Shown here in pieces: positions 12,901 through 26,580 of a DNA stretch of 64,000 nucleotides; within the stretch, counting starts at the first letter, position 1, and each line of letters begins with the position of its first letter. The position numbers were made by a program, and so were the translations under genes. The stretch spans positions 1,669,583 through 1,733,582 of the forward strand of contig ML992501.1 in NCBI GenBank assembly GCA_010093995.1, written 5' to 3'. Under the pieces are notes generated by a model. It was given only the letters and a program-made list of their open reading frames with translations, did no database searches and was not told the DNA's origin. Origin of the DNA: Elsinoe ampelina. Taxonomy: Eukaryota.

Positions 12901-14124
12901 TTACCTCTTACCTCTAATTGCCGAGATGCTTAATTATATCGAGGGTGTACGCTTATTTAGTAAGCTAGACCTTATAGATGTCTACTATAGAGTATATATC
13001 TAGTATAGCGATAAATAGAAGATAGCGTTCCGCTATTACTATAGCTACTTTAAATATACTATTATGCCTTTTAGCCTTACTAACGCTCTAGCTATGTTCT
13101 AGGCTTATATATATTAGTACTTAAGTAGCTTAGTAGACTACTACTATATTATATACCTAGACGATATTCTAATCTACACTAGCGATAAGTAAGAGTATTA
13201 CTAGGCTATTAGAAGTATACTAGACTACCTACGTAAGAATAGCCTCTATATAAAACTAAAGAAGTATATCTTTAAGGCAATATAGGTAGCATTTCTAAGC
13301 TACGTTGTTAGTAGTAATAGTATTATAATAGAGTAGCTCTAGGTATAAGCTGTCGCTAACTAGCCTACCTCTACTAGCCTTAAGGAGTTATAAACCTTTC
13401 TTAGATTTACTAATTTCTACTATTAATTTATTAAAGGCTTCTTCTATATAGCGCTACTACTAACTATACTTACGTAAGAGTTAGTCTAAGGGAAGTAAGT
13501 AGGCCTATTTCTGTAGAGTAATAATGTAGTATAGGCCTTCGATAGGCTTAAAGCTACCTTTATATAAGCGCCTATACTACGCTACTTTTTATTAGGTAAG
13601 CCTCTCTAGCTCGAGACTAACGCTTTAGATTTTATACTCTCTAGAGTAATCTCCTAGTAAAATAAAGATAATACCCCTATATAACACTAGTACTCTATAG
13701 CGTTCTAGTCCCGGAAGCTATAAGGTATAGAACTAAACTATACTACTTACGATAAAGAGCTTCTTACTATTATAGAAGTAGTATAGTACTAGCGTTAGTA
13801 CCTACTTAGCGCTACTACTCTAATTAAAGTCCTCTTTAACTATAATAACCTTAGGTATTTCCTAACTACTAAGAAGCTTTTATAGCGCTAGGCCTACTAT
13901 ACTAAGGTACTAGCGTAGTTCGATATTATTATCTAGTACTATAGTAGGAAGACTAACCTAGCTAATAGCCTATTATATAGGCCTAACTACTATAAGTATA
14001 AAGAAGATATATAGGAAGAGCGCTATATATTAGTTCCTCTCTTAGAGTAAGTATTATAAATACGAAGTAAAGGAGTTATACCTATATCTATTATAGATAA
14101 GAAACCTAAGGCTAGTAGGGCCTA

Positions 14125-17100
14125 TATAATAGAGTATCTAGATAGAGCAGATACAATGTCTCTAAGATAGAGGAGTAATAGAGGAGAAGTATACACTATA
14201 TAAATATAATAACAAATTCCTAACCTCTCTATAGGAGGTTAGGAACTACTACTATATATACTATATAGAATTACAGCCGGAACAACGTATCTCCGACGTC
14301 TATCTACTAGCTATAAGTTTATAGTTTCTATTATAATTACCTTCTTCTCTATAGGCCTATCCTTAAGCTAGTCCCTTATTAAAACCCTCTAGTAGTAGGG
14401 AAAGAGTAAACTACCTTTAAAGCGTTATTACGCTATATATAAGAGTCTATATATAGGGTCTTAGCATTAGGTAAGAAATATAAAGTGTAGCTCTACTTAA
14501 CTTTATATATGAATTTACCTTACCTAGTATATATAACAATATTGTTCCTTCGTCTCCTAGCTACTATTATACTAGCTATAACAATAATTAGTAGGCTACC
14601 TTATTTCTTCTCGTATCTTTCTTTTCTTAATTAGTATAGGAGCCTTCTATTGTTTATAACAATAGAACAATAGGATGCTCTAATATATATACGAGGCTTC
14701 TCTCTCGTTAGAATATCTCTTCTCTTTCTTCTAAAAACCCTTTTACTAAAGTATAGCTCTCTACTCTCTACCTTATATTCTGTGCTAATATCTTCTAGTA
14801 TCTCTCTAACGTCTTATTATTCTTTCTTAGCTATTAGAAATCTTCTTTTAATATGTCTTCTCTAGTAAGTACTACCTCTAGTAGACCTAACTATAGCTAG
14901 ATCTAGCGTAAAGGTACTCCGCTATTGTCTCCTAGTTATACTAATATCGTTCTTATTATAAGGGGCCCTTATATTAACTGCCTTAAGCTCGCTACTAAAT
15001 ATATAATATTAGACAATACTAACTTTACTAACGACCTCTACTGCTATAAGGAGTAGAATAATTATGCCTCCTACTAGCTCTACTAGCTCTGCTATAATAG
15101 CTATACCTTTATAGGTTTAATATCTATTCTCTATTAGAGCAATACTAATACTCCTAGTTCCCTAAGCGCTATAGTAATAAACTTAAGGCTACTAGAGTTA
15201 CTTACGAGGCTATCTATACCTATTATTATACCGATAAGAATAAGAAGTTAGACGCTATACTAGCTAACAAGTAGCGCGTTTATAACGCCTATACTATAAT
15301 AGCGAGATATATTGCTACTCTTAAGGCTAAATATATTTCTACTAAGAAGAAGAGAAAGAGAGAAGAATTTAACTCTAATAATAATTCGCCTACGACCTAT
15401 AAGGACTTTGCTACCTTACTTACTAGTAGCTAAAAGACTAACGAGTTATTAGCAAAGATTATTAGCGCCTAGCCTACTAGGAAGGCTCCTATCTACGCTA
15501 CTATACTAGCCTCTAGTAGTACTACTAGTAGAGCTTAAGAGATTTAGAGAGTTAAGGTAGTTACTAGTATAGTATTTAGGTTTCTAGGTATAAGTATAAG
15601 TTCCTTAGTCAATATAATAGCTTAGAGCTATCGGAGATAGATTTTACCTTTTAGAGTTTATAGAGTTTTTTGCTTTCTACTTCTTCTTTTTGCCTAAGTC
15701 CTTTGTTTTATAGCCCCTAGCGGAGCTATAGCTCTTAGATCGCCCTTACTTCTTTATTAGGGCCTATTATCCCCTTAGGTATTATTGTATTATTAAGGGT
15801 CTATTATCGAGGTAGGTATTATTAAGGAGAGTATTATTGTTTAGATAATAGAGAAGTAATATATATATACTATCTCCTCTCTCTTTCTCCTTAATCTCCT
15901 TAGACTTCTTATTCTCTCTATCTACTTAACTTCTACGCTATAATATTAGAATTCTATAGTATTACGACCTACTATGTCTCTACTAATTAGATTAATAACT
16001 CTAGCTACGCTATATCCTTTAAGTCTCCGGAGATTACTAACGTTATTATAGAGGCGATATACTATCTTAGATTTAGTAGAGACTCCTCTAGTAACTATAA
16101 CTACGACTATAGTAAGAGTTCTAAGCCTAAGTTCCTACGGTTCTAAACCTCTTCTAACTATGCTATACTAGTATACTACTATTAGTATAAGCCTTGTATT
16201 TGCTACTAGACTATTATATACCTTAACTACGAGTAGGCTTAGTCCTAACGTATTTATAATAATAACGTAGGTACTTTCCTCCGCTACTGCCTCTATTAAT
16301 ATTTCTATACTAAATATGTCTTTATATATTTTTATTCTACGTCGTTACTACGATAGCTAACCTATAGTAGTATAATGTCTCTTGTACTTCGCTTATTAAG
16401 AGTCTTATTTCGACCTAGCGCGCCTTTAATACTACTATCTATGTTTAAGAGTCTAACGAAGATATAATAGAGTTCCTACGTAGTAATCTTATCCTTAAGC
16501 TAGTAGAGCTAGATAAGCCTAAAGATTTAGAGGATAGAGTTAAGATAGACCTCTTATAATCTACTAGTGTTACGTTAGAGACATATTATTAGGCTAATAT
16601 TATACTTTTTTATAATATAGACTTACTTTTTTAAATCTTAATCTCGTGCTATTCTCTTACCTTTCTCTTTCTCTATAGTGTAAGTTTAAGCTCTTTAAGC
16701 CTTATAAGCCCCTTACTTAATATAGTATTACTTCGCTATTATACTTAGAATAAGGCTCTTCTTCTTAAAGTTCTTAATTTTACTAATAGTATTCTATAGA
16801 TGCTCTATTAGCTCCTAGCTAGCTTCCTCTTTAGGATAGCCTTTCTAGAGTACCTTATAGTAAGTCTTACTCCTAATAAGGCTCTTATTAATTACCTCTG
16901 TAACTTTGTATTTTTCTTCCCCCTCGATCTCTACTAGTAGTAAAGTAACATTATTACCTCGTCGATAAGCCTTAAGAAGAGATATATAAAAGGTTAAGTA
17001 AATTAATTTTATATATACTAGAAGGTTAAGTCGGTATACTTAGTAGCCTACTATCTTAGTAACGGTAAATGGACCTATAAACTTCGCCGCTAGCTTCTTC

Positions 17101-20100
17101 TTTAGCTAGAGAGACTAGAGGTTCTTAGTACTTAGTATAACTTCTTAGCCTTTCTTAAACCTTATTAGCTAGTACTTCTTGTTATAGTATACCTTCTACT
17201 ACGTAATAGCGTTAAGCCTATACTACTTAAGTTCTTCTCTTATGTCTTATAGGGTCTTTACTCTTGCTTCTACTACTAGTACTTCTAGTAGTTATAGAGC
17301 TGCTTTCTTCTCTATAGCGTTAGCCTTAACATCGTCGGGGAGATATAGAACTATTCTATAAATGTAGTAGAGTAGGCTTACCTCTAGTAATACGCTATAG
17401 AAGCTATTATAGGCAAACTTAGCCTAATATAGCTAGTGTAGCTAGTTATCTTAGTAGAAATTAATAAACACCCTTAGGTACTATTCGATTATCTAGTTCT
17501 ACCTCTCTATAGCGCTATTAGTTTAAGGGTAGAACACTGTCGAGAGGCATCTCTAGACCTTCTATCTCTAGTAGAGAAACGTCTAAAATTTAGACTTAAA
17601 TAGAGTACCCCTATCGGTAATCTAGCTTCTTAGGAACCTATAGCGACTAAGGATCTTCCTCTCTATAATGTTAGCTAACTCTTAGGCCTCTATGTCTTTT
17701 CTTGCTAGAACGTATCTAATATATTTAGATACTCTATCTACTAGTACTAAAATTGAATCGGTAACGGAGCTCTATTAGTCCTTCGCTAGAGGTAAATTAG
17801 TAATAAAGTCTATTAACTAATACTAGAGTACTTCTCTAATAGGGGGCAATCTTAGAGCCTATATTTTACTATAGAGCTAATGTCGAGGAACCTTTATTCT
17901 TTAGTACTTGTTATAGTAATTTACATATCTAGTAACATCTATTGTTATACCCTTCTAATAGTACTTCTACTTTAGTGCGAAGAGTGTCTTTTCTATTCCG
18001 AGGTAGCCCGCTATTAGATTATTATAATTCCTATAGAGTATCTCTATAGTTAGCATTTTTATAGCTAGAATAAAGACTTTGTCTTAGAATAGTAGAACGC
18101 TATTGTCCCGCTATCTCTAGCTCTCTCTCTTAGTAGTCTTTCTTTCTTTAGGATTGCTAAGACGCTTTAGCGTTGTCTCTACTATAGCATCTCGCCGCTA
18201 TAGCCTCTTTACTAGACTAAGTAGCCTTAGTAGTGCCTCTTTATATGTATTATCTTCTTTTGTAGCTATTGTATATAGACGTCTAGGGCTAGTAAGTTCT
18301 CTATAATCTCTTTATAATCTCTCTACTATAGTTATCTATAGGGAATAGCAAAAGGAACTACTTGCCTCTAAGGGAGTAGACCTACTATCTCTACTCTTAC
18401 GGGGAGCTATCTTAGCTTCCGCGTCTATGTCTAGTATCTCGCCTTAGGCTATAATACTCTCTTAGGTATCTTTAGATTTTCTAGTATACTTTACCTTGCT
18501 ATACTATCTTAGCGAGGAGTCCTTAGTAACTACTAAGTTTATATTAAGTATCTTACCTTATACGTCTTAGGTTAACTTAACCTATTTAGCTACTATTATA
18601 ACGTTAAGGAGAAGATGTCTCTTTAGCCTCTTATATAAGTCTCTTAGGACCTGTAGGTGTAAGTCTACCTTAGCTTACTTATCTCTAGTATCTAGGTCTA
18701 GTCTTCTTAATAGTCCGTTAGTAGAATTAAGCTTCTCTAGGTTATAGGTAATCTAGATATTATATTATAATAGCTCTTCGCTAATGTAGGTCTATCGAGC
18801 TAAGAGCGTCTTAGTTATTAAGAAGTATTTTAGGTTATTATAATCTATAAATATAGTAGTAGTAGAAGAAATAGAGAGGAGATACTACTACTAGTAGCGT
18901 ACTACCTCGAGGATAGCAAGTAGCTCTTAGTTATACGTAGGCTAGTTTAACTCTACTCTCTATAGTTTCCGCGAATAGTACGTAATAGAGTACTATTAGA
19001 CTACCTTCTCTCTACTATCGCCGAATAGTTATATAGCAATCCTAGAGATAGTAAATCTAGAGGAGTTAGTATATATCCTTATATTCTTACTTTTGTTAAA
19101 AAACTATAGGAGAGAAGCAGTTATAAAGCAGTCTTTAAGATATTAGAATAATTGCCTAGCACTATTAGTAAAGTAGAAAGGACCTATCTATTTTTTATTT
19201 TTACTCTCTATAAGTAGTTATATTATAGGTCTTATTATTTCTGTATAGCTATTAATAAACTATTAGTAAAAGTTTATAAATCTAAGAAAGATCTAGAGTT
19301 CTTTTAGGGAAGTAGGTTCTAGCTAGTCTATAATAGCTTAAACTCTTTAGAGCTCTATCGAGACGCCCTTAGGGCCTAGAATATATCTTAGAAACTATAC
19401 TTCCTTAACTTTAAAGGTATACTTAGAATCCTTTATAAAAAGAAGATACTTCCTAAGTCGCGCTAGAACTTCTTTAATATACCTACGGTACTATAACGGA
19501 TCTTAGGAGTAGATAAGAATATTGTCTATATAGACGATATAGTAGTAATTAACTAAGCTATTAAGGTATTAGCTAATATATAACTAGAAGGTAGTAGGAG
19601 CATTTATAAGGCTAAAAGGTATAACTACGTATTTAAAATATCTATATCTATATTAGAACGCTATCTTTTATTCGTTGTCTCTCTTAATCTAGATATAGTA
19701 GTATACGTCCCTAAGATCTATTTTTAAGTACACCTTAGCCCTCTAGATTCTATCGAGTATCTTAGTAATAAGGGGTAAAGGGTAGTAGTTCTTTACTAAG
19801 ACGTTATTAAGACCTTAGTAGTTAACGTAGAGATATAGCAACTTATTAGCCTTAGACATAAAGAGGATAGAGGCCCCTACGGGGCTAGTAGAGTAGTAAA
19901 TACAGCCTAGCTTTAAATTCTTAACTAGGTACTCTCTAAGAGTACTTAGCTTCGTCTCTATAAGGGCGTAAATAGGTCCCTATAGGGGTTACTTCCCTTC
20001 GATAAGTTCGATTAAGTAGTTATACGGCGCTAGAGAGGGTATAGTAATAGCTTCCTTATTGTTAAATATATTTAAGAAGTTATAGAGCTAGCTTAGAAGC

Positions 20101-22038
20101 CTACTCTACGACGTTAAAGCGTTATCTTTATAAATTACATTTAAGAAAACTATATAGTACTATAGCTACTCTAACATTTCCTTAGTAAATTCTTCCGCTA
20201 TTAGGAGCGTTATATTAACGCTAGTAGAGTAATGTCTCTACCTCTAGCTTTGCTAATCGATGTCTAGGTTAATGCTAAAGAGCTACGTCTAGCCTAGTAC
20301 TAAGTTATATTCCTTTATCTCTACCGACTTAAAGTACTATCGAACCTCCTTCGTAACGCTATAGTAGTTAATAGCTTCTACTATAAGATAGTAGTATTTA
20401 CATAAGCATATCTCGTGCTAGTTAAGGGACTTTACTCTTGTTACGCCGTTAGTGCATAGGTAAACTTCTTTCTCCTTTACGTAATAGTAGTTAATAAAAC
20501 AAATGTTAGCCCCTAAATCTATAAGAGATATAGCTATATAATCGGTAGATAGAGCTCTACCTTCCTAACTAAGGTAAATGTCTATCCTTAGTCGGCTTAG
20601 TAGCGGACCTCCTTTAGATACTCCTAGCTATATAGAGGCGAGATCTATAGCTAGAGTATTTAGTTTTTTATCTTGTTATAAGGGTAGTTAGGGCAGATAT
20701 AGCTAGGTTGCCTATACCTATAGCACTTTACCTCTAAGAGGTCGAGGTAATAGAGTATTAGAGTTATATTAACCCCGGACGCGAGGTTTTTAAACTTTCT
20801 TTTTTCCTTATTTTTGTTATTCTAGAATTTTTAGTTGCCTTCCTTTAGCTTATCTATAAAGCGGCAAGAGATATACGTCGTCTCGGAGATAGCTTAGCTC
20901 CTAAACATACTCTTAATACGAGTAAAGTAGGAGATAGCCTTGTCTTTACTCCTTAGAGAGTCTTAGAGCGCTATATAGCTCTATTAATACGTAGGCTTTA
21001 TACTATTAATAAGGCAGCTTATAAACTAAGCCTTATCTATAGTAGTGTTATTAATTTCCTTAGCGCACTCTTTAAGGTATTAGGCAAACTTAGTAACTAA
21101 TTAGTTTAACCTCTAAGTACTATTATAGAATAGTTAGGTATATTTTAGGGCTCGGTTACTCTTGTCTATAATACAATCTTTAATTTATTCTTAAAAGTAG
21201 CTCTAGTTCTTAGCCTAAGGTTCTACGTTGTTAATATAGCTCTCCTATATTGTAGCGAGGGATCTATCTAGATAGCTAGCTATAAACTAGGCTCGATCTT
21301 TACTAGTAAGATAGATATACTTATAGACCCTAAAGATAGCGTAGTATAATTAAATAAATGCCTTTACGTTAGTAAGGTATATATACCTCTTTAGTTTCTC
21401 TAGTACCTCTAGCTTTTATACTTTCTTAAGGTTAATCTAAAGGGAAAGTATCTCTAGAGAAATATCTAGATTAGGAGTTCCTCGAGAGATACTATCTTAG
21501 TATAACTAATTATCGTTATTAAACTCCTCTTACTATTCCTATATATCGATATAGGTTCTCTTCCGAAGGAGTCCTTTATACTTAATTATAAAAGCTCTCT
21601 AGATCTCTACGTACTCTCTATTCTAGTAGAGTTAAGCTAGCTCTTCTTAGGCGGCACGTAGCTTCTTCTTAGATATATTAGAGAGAATAGGTTTCGATTA
21701 GGTAGCTTCTACCGAGCTAGTAGATATAGCATCTATAGTAGATAATCTGTTAGTTCTTTATTAAGCTAACTACGTTAAGACTATCGACCTAGGCTATCTT
21801 AACTATAGTTTTAGAAGAAATTTAAATTATAATAGAGTATCTAGATAGGGCAGATACAATGTCTCTAAGATAGAGAAGCAATAGAGGAGAAGTATACACT
21901 ATATAAATATAACAATAAATTCCTAACCTCTCTATAGGAGGTTAGGAACTACTACTATATATACTATATAGAATCGTAGCCGGAACAACGTATCTTCGAC
22001 GTCTATCTACTAGCCGTAAGTTTATAGTTTTCGTTATA
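14125..22038 (-). mobile_element. Ty3/Gypsy chromovirus B2, full-length and uninterrupted (7,914 bp)
   Basis: 211-bp LTRs at 14125-14335 (3') and 21828-22038 (5'). TSD GCCTA/GCTTA (one C/T change); the equivalent site in C2 has a single GCTTA. Reverse-complement match to B1. Confidence 0.92.
14853..15538 (+). pseudogene. B2 antisense accessory gene: Cys6 zinc-cluster-like protein, one intron (15111-15157)
   Basis: ATG at 14853. De-RIPed Cx2Cx20Cx9Cx2Cx6C, two Cys surviving as TGC. 47-nt phase-0 intron [G>A]TAGGT...CTAA(C)...TAG restores the frame. KKKRKR basic patch. Confidence 0.65.
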
Positions 22039-24177
22039 GCTTAGGAAGATAGTAATAAAGCTAGTATAGCTTATATACCTTAAACTACTCTCTAACGTAA
22101 CGCGCTTATATAATTCTAGTATACCTCTAGAATAGCGCCTATAAGTTCACCTATTACCTTAGGAGCGCTATAGCTATACTAAGAAGAGTTAGAGCTTCTA
22201 GAGTAAGAAGAGTAGTACCTAGAGAGCGCTTATATAAACCTTCCTCTAAGCCTAACTAGCAATATTAAATTAGAATAATATACGCCTACTTTAGCATCCT
22301 AGAACGTACTACTACTCGCCTAGGAAATAATAGAGAGCTAAGAGCATAAAGATAGTATAACACCTACGTAACTCTAGGACACTCCTAGTAGAAAGCCTAC
22401 TATAATTTTAGACTAGAGTTAGTAGATTATACGCCTCTATACTACGTAAGTACTAGTAGATAAGACTATATATATCTCTTCTACTCCTATATTGCTCTAG
22501 GACCTTATCTATATAGTATAGTAAAGAGACACCTTTACTTATAATAAGAAATAGAAACTTCTAAAAGAGAGAACCTCGACTAGTAATAGTACTACCCCTA
22601 AGTAGAGCCTATCTAGTAATAGCTTACTCCGGAACGGAGATAGAGTATATATCCTAGAAGAAACTACCTTAAGAGTAGAGCTTATATAGTATAATTATAA
22701 TAACTCCTTAGAGAGTTACTTTAGCTATATAAAGACCTACCTTAATATAAGGAGAAAGTACTAGTAGCTAGGTATATCCGTTGCTACGAAAGTGTACATC
22801 GAGCACTATAACAGCTACTAAAGGCATAAAGTAACGTAGTATAAGCCTTATAGTCTTCTATAACCCTTACTAATCTTACTTATACTCGAGGTCTTATAAT
22901 ACTAGTCGCTTGATTTTATTACTAGCTTACCTCTAGTAGAGCTCCGGCCTAGTATTATTATAGATACGATTATTGTATATATCTATCGCTTATCTAAGTT
23001 TAGTATCTATACGCCGATGTTAACTAAGCTTAACACTAGGGACTTTACTAATCTATTTAAAATAGATATTATAACGTTGTTTAGAACGCTAAAGATACTT
23101 GTCTTAGATAGAGAGTCTATCTTTATAAGCAAATTCTAGAGTATGCTATACTAGCGCTAGAAGGCGTAATATAAGCTTAGTACTAGTTTCTATCTATAGA
23201 TAGATAGCTAAACTAAAAGGCAAAACTAGACGCTAGAGTAGTACCTACGCTACTTTATTAACTATTACTAGACAGACTAGCTATACTAGGTTAAGTAGGC
23301 GCAATTCGTGTATAATAATACATATTAAGCATTACTATACGCTATACTAGTATAGTTCTTATTTATATAGGAGATGCGCCTACCTAATAATATTAAGGCG
23401 CTAGCGCTACCTAGCTATACGCTAGCGTATAACTCGTTAGTTAATAACTAAGTGTAATCTATTACTAAAACGTATATAGAGCTTGCTCGACACCTACGTA
23501 AAGTATAGAAAGACTAAGCGCTAGCCTATAATAGAGGTTAATAAGCAAAAGTCTTCTATAATAGTAACAAGGTTATACTTAGCACTAAGAACCTTCGTAG
23601 CGCTAGACCTAGCTATAAGCTATTAACTAAGTATATTAGCTCGTTTATAATTGTATAACAAATTAGTACGTAGGTATATAAGCTATACTTACTAGATAAA
23701 ATAAAGCTAATCTATAATGTCTATAACGTTGCGCTACTAGAGCTATATAGGTATAGTAAGGGCATATACCTACTACCTCTAGAGATAGAAGAGTAGGAAG
23801 AATATATTATTAAATATATCCTTAGTAAGGGCTATACTAGCACCCCGAAGGCGCTATACTACCTAGTAAAGTAGTAGAGTTACCCTATAGAAGAAAGTAT
23901 ATAGGAGCTAGTAAAAAACCTTATAAACGCTAAGGAATTACTATATAAATACGAGGTAGCTTAGTATAAGTATAGCGCTAGCTAAACACTCTAGATATAC
24001 TTAGGATTAATAAGTTAAAGGCACAAATTTTAAAGTAAAGAGTATCTAGGCGTAGTACTAGGTTAGCTTAGAGTATTATTAGCTTACGTAGGGAGAACAC
24101 TAGCGTAGTAAAAACTATAAAATTATGCCGAAGTAAAGGGAGTATAGTATAGGCGTAGCGCCCTAGCCCTCTCTACC

Positions 24178-25048
24178 TTAACTATCTACATTATCTACCT
24201 TAGTCTTATCCTTATTATTCTCCTTAATACTATTAATACGCCTAGTTAGCACTCTCGTAGCGTTATTAATTACCTATATAGTAGCGGCTTACTTATTCTT
24301 AGTAACTACCTATAAGAAAGTTAGCGTAGCTTAGGCGTTATAGAGGCGCACTTCTAGACTTATATAATTAGCTAAAGCCTTAAGCATAAAGCTAGTGTTA
24401 CTAATTATACCTAGGTATAGCGCCTTTACTAGCTACTTAGTATTAACTTTAGAGGCGAAGGGCATAGCGATAGTACTATTATAGCGTAAAGAAGTTATAC
24501 TATTACTATTACTCTTATTAACTACCTTACCCTTACCCTTAGTATTAGACTTACTCTACGTATGCTTAGTACTAGCCTTCTTACGTATATAGTTAGCATA
24601 GGTAGTAATCTAGCGCTTTAAGAGAATAATGTCCTTCTTAGGAGTAGTAGCGTTATTATAGAACAGTATATACGTAGTAAAGTATTTATTTTAGAGCTCC
24701 TTAGTAGTAACTTAATCCTTAGAGTTAAGCTTAGTAGGCTACTAAGGTTAGTATAAAGTAGGCGCGGCGTAGGTATAGAGTATACCTAGTAGTAGTGTTT
24801 ATTACTATAACTATAACAATTATAATAGGTAGTCTTAGCCGTAGTAATCTAGTAGAGGGGATTCTTAATAGAGAGTATACTATCTTCGAGCTAGAGGTGC
24901 TTATTAATAGTAATAGCGTAGTATAAGCATAGTATAGACTACTAGTCCTAGTCGGTAAAATCGCTCTTATAAGGTCTATAAAAGGTTAGTGCCGGTATAG
25001 CGTAAGTACTATATATAATACTTACTCCTTAGGAACTTTAGGGGCTAT
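24178..25048 (-). pseudogene. C1 antisense accessory gene: Cys6 zinc-cluster-like protein, two introns
   Basis: Collinear with the C2 copy (40052-40922). First Cys survives as TGC here where C2 has TAC. Confidence 0.62.
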
Positions 25049-26580
25049 AGGTATTAAAGTGTATAAGTGTATAGGAGGTAAGCTAGTATAGGGCTAAGAT
25101 AATAAAGGGAAAAAAAATTACTACGTAGGTACTATACTAAGTTAGTAAATAAACAACTAAATAGATAAGCCTAATAGCTAGATCTATAGTAGCGTAGGCT
25201 TAGCGTATATACTAAGCCTCCTCTACTAGCCCTTAGGCTAGTAAGACTTAGTCTATACTATATAGCACCTAAAATAGGTTACTAGTATAGTGTTAGACCT
25301 ACGTAAGTATAGAGCTAGTGTTAAGTAGAATACTTACGTAAAGTAAGTATTATAAAGGAGAAAAGAAGAAGAGAAGAAGAAGAGAAAGATATATATTTAG
25401 CTCCGAGCTAAGACTAATCCGGAGAATAATAGGTAGTAGTATATAATAATAGGTAGATTCTTATATATAAAGATAATAACGTAAGAGTACTATATTCTAC
25501 ATGTAAAGAATTATACTATTGTTACTATATCTAGTATACGAAGAATAGTATAGGCTACTATAGATATACTATATATATAAAGAGTATACTACGCCTAAGA
25601 GGCGCTAGCGAGACGCTCTTTTCTAGTTTTCTCCTATACTAGGTTTTCTAGGTTTTATCGAGGCTTATAGGCGTAAAGGTATACCTCTTAAAGGAGAAGA
25701 ATAATTATAAGGACTAATATAGTAAGTATACTACGCTAGCCTACCTTAGAGATACTATTCTCCGTAGGAGAATAAAATACTTCTCGCCTATAGAATAGAT
25801 AGAGTAGAGATTAGTCTTACTATAATTAAGAGTATACTAGTATAACACCTATTCTACTCCTATACACTTATCTTTCTAGCTCTAATATTCTACCTTTGTT
25901 ACAATTATAGAGAGATTATAAAGAACTTACTAGCCCTAGACGTCTATACGTAATAGCTACGAAAGAAGATAATATATATAAAGAGGCGCCACCGAGGCTA
26001 CTATTATAAACTAGTAGGATAGCTAGAACGTAGGGACGTTAGGACTAATTAAACTACTAAGGTTATTACGTAACCTAGCTCGACATTTACCTAGTTCTCT
26101 ATCTTCTCTAGTAGCTCTACCTCTAAAACTATAGAGCGTATAGGTTACTAGTAGACGTATACTCTATATTGCTCCTAACTCTTGCTATAGAGTATATAAA
26201 GCACATAGAGAACGTAATAGAGAATATATATATATAGGAACAGTCCTTACCTTATATAAGTACTATAGTTAACCTTATCTAGATAGTAAACACTAGTATT
26301 ACTAAGGCTAGCCTTTATAATACTATCTAATTATACTTTATTATCTATAAGACCTATCTTCTCTAACTCTTACCTTAGTACTATACTACTATAGAAGTAG
26401 AACTACCTCGTTCTTAGCTTAGCTTAGACTACTTATGTAGGCTATGTTTAGACAGTTTATAACATTTTAACTACTCTTACTATAGTATAGCACGCTACAA
26501 GGTTAATAAGTAACTCTTACTCTAAGTTACTATTAGTATCTTCGATCGCTAGTAAGCTAGGGAAGCTTACTATTAATAAT

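Larger units (their letters stand above)
10693..25903 (+). mobile_element. Ty3/Gypsy chromovirus C1 (~7.3 kb net; pieces 10693-14124, 22044-25903)
   Basis: 198-bp LTRs at 10693-10890 and 25706-25903, PPT AAAGGAGAAGAA, TSD ATTAT (10688-10692 / 25904-25908). Knuckle ~12000, DSGA ~12180, YLDD ~13156, integrase, chromodomain ~23800-23960. Confidence 0.92.
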
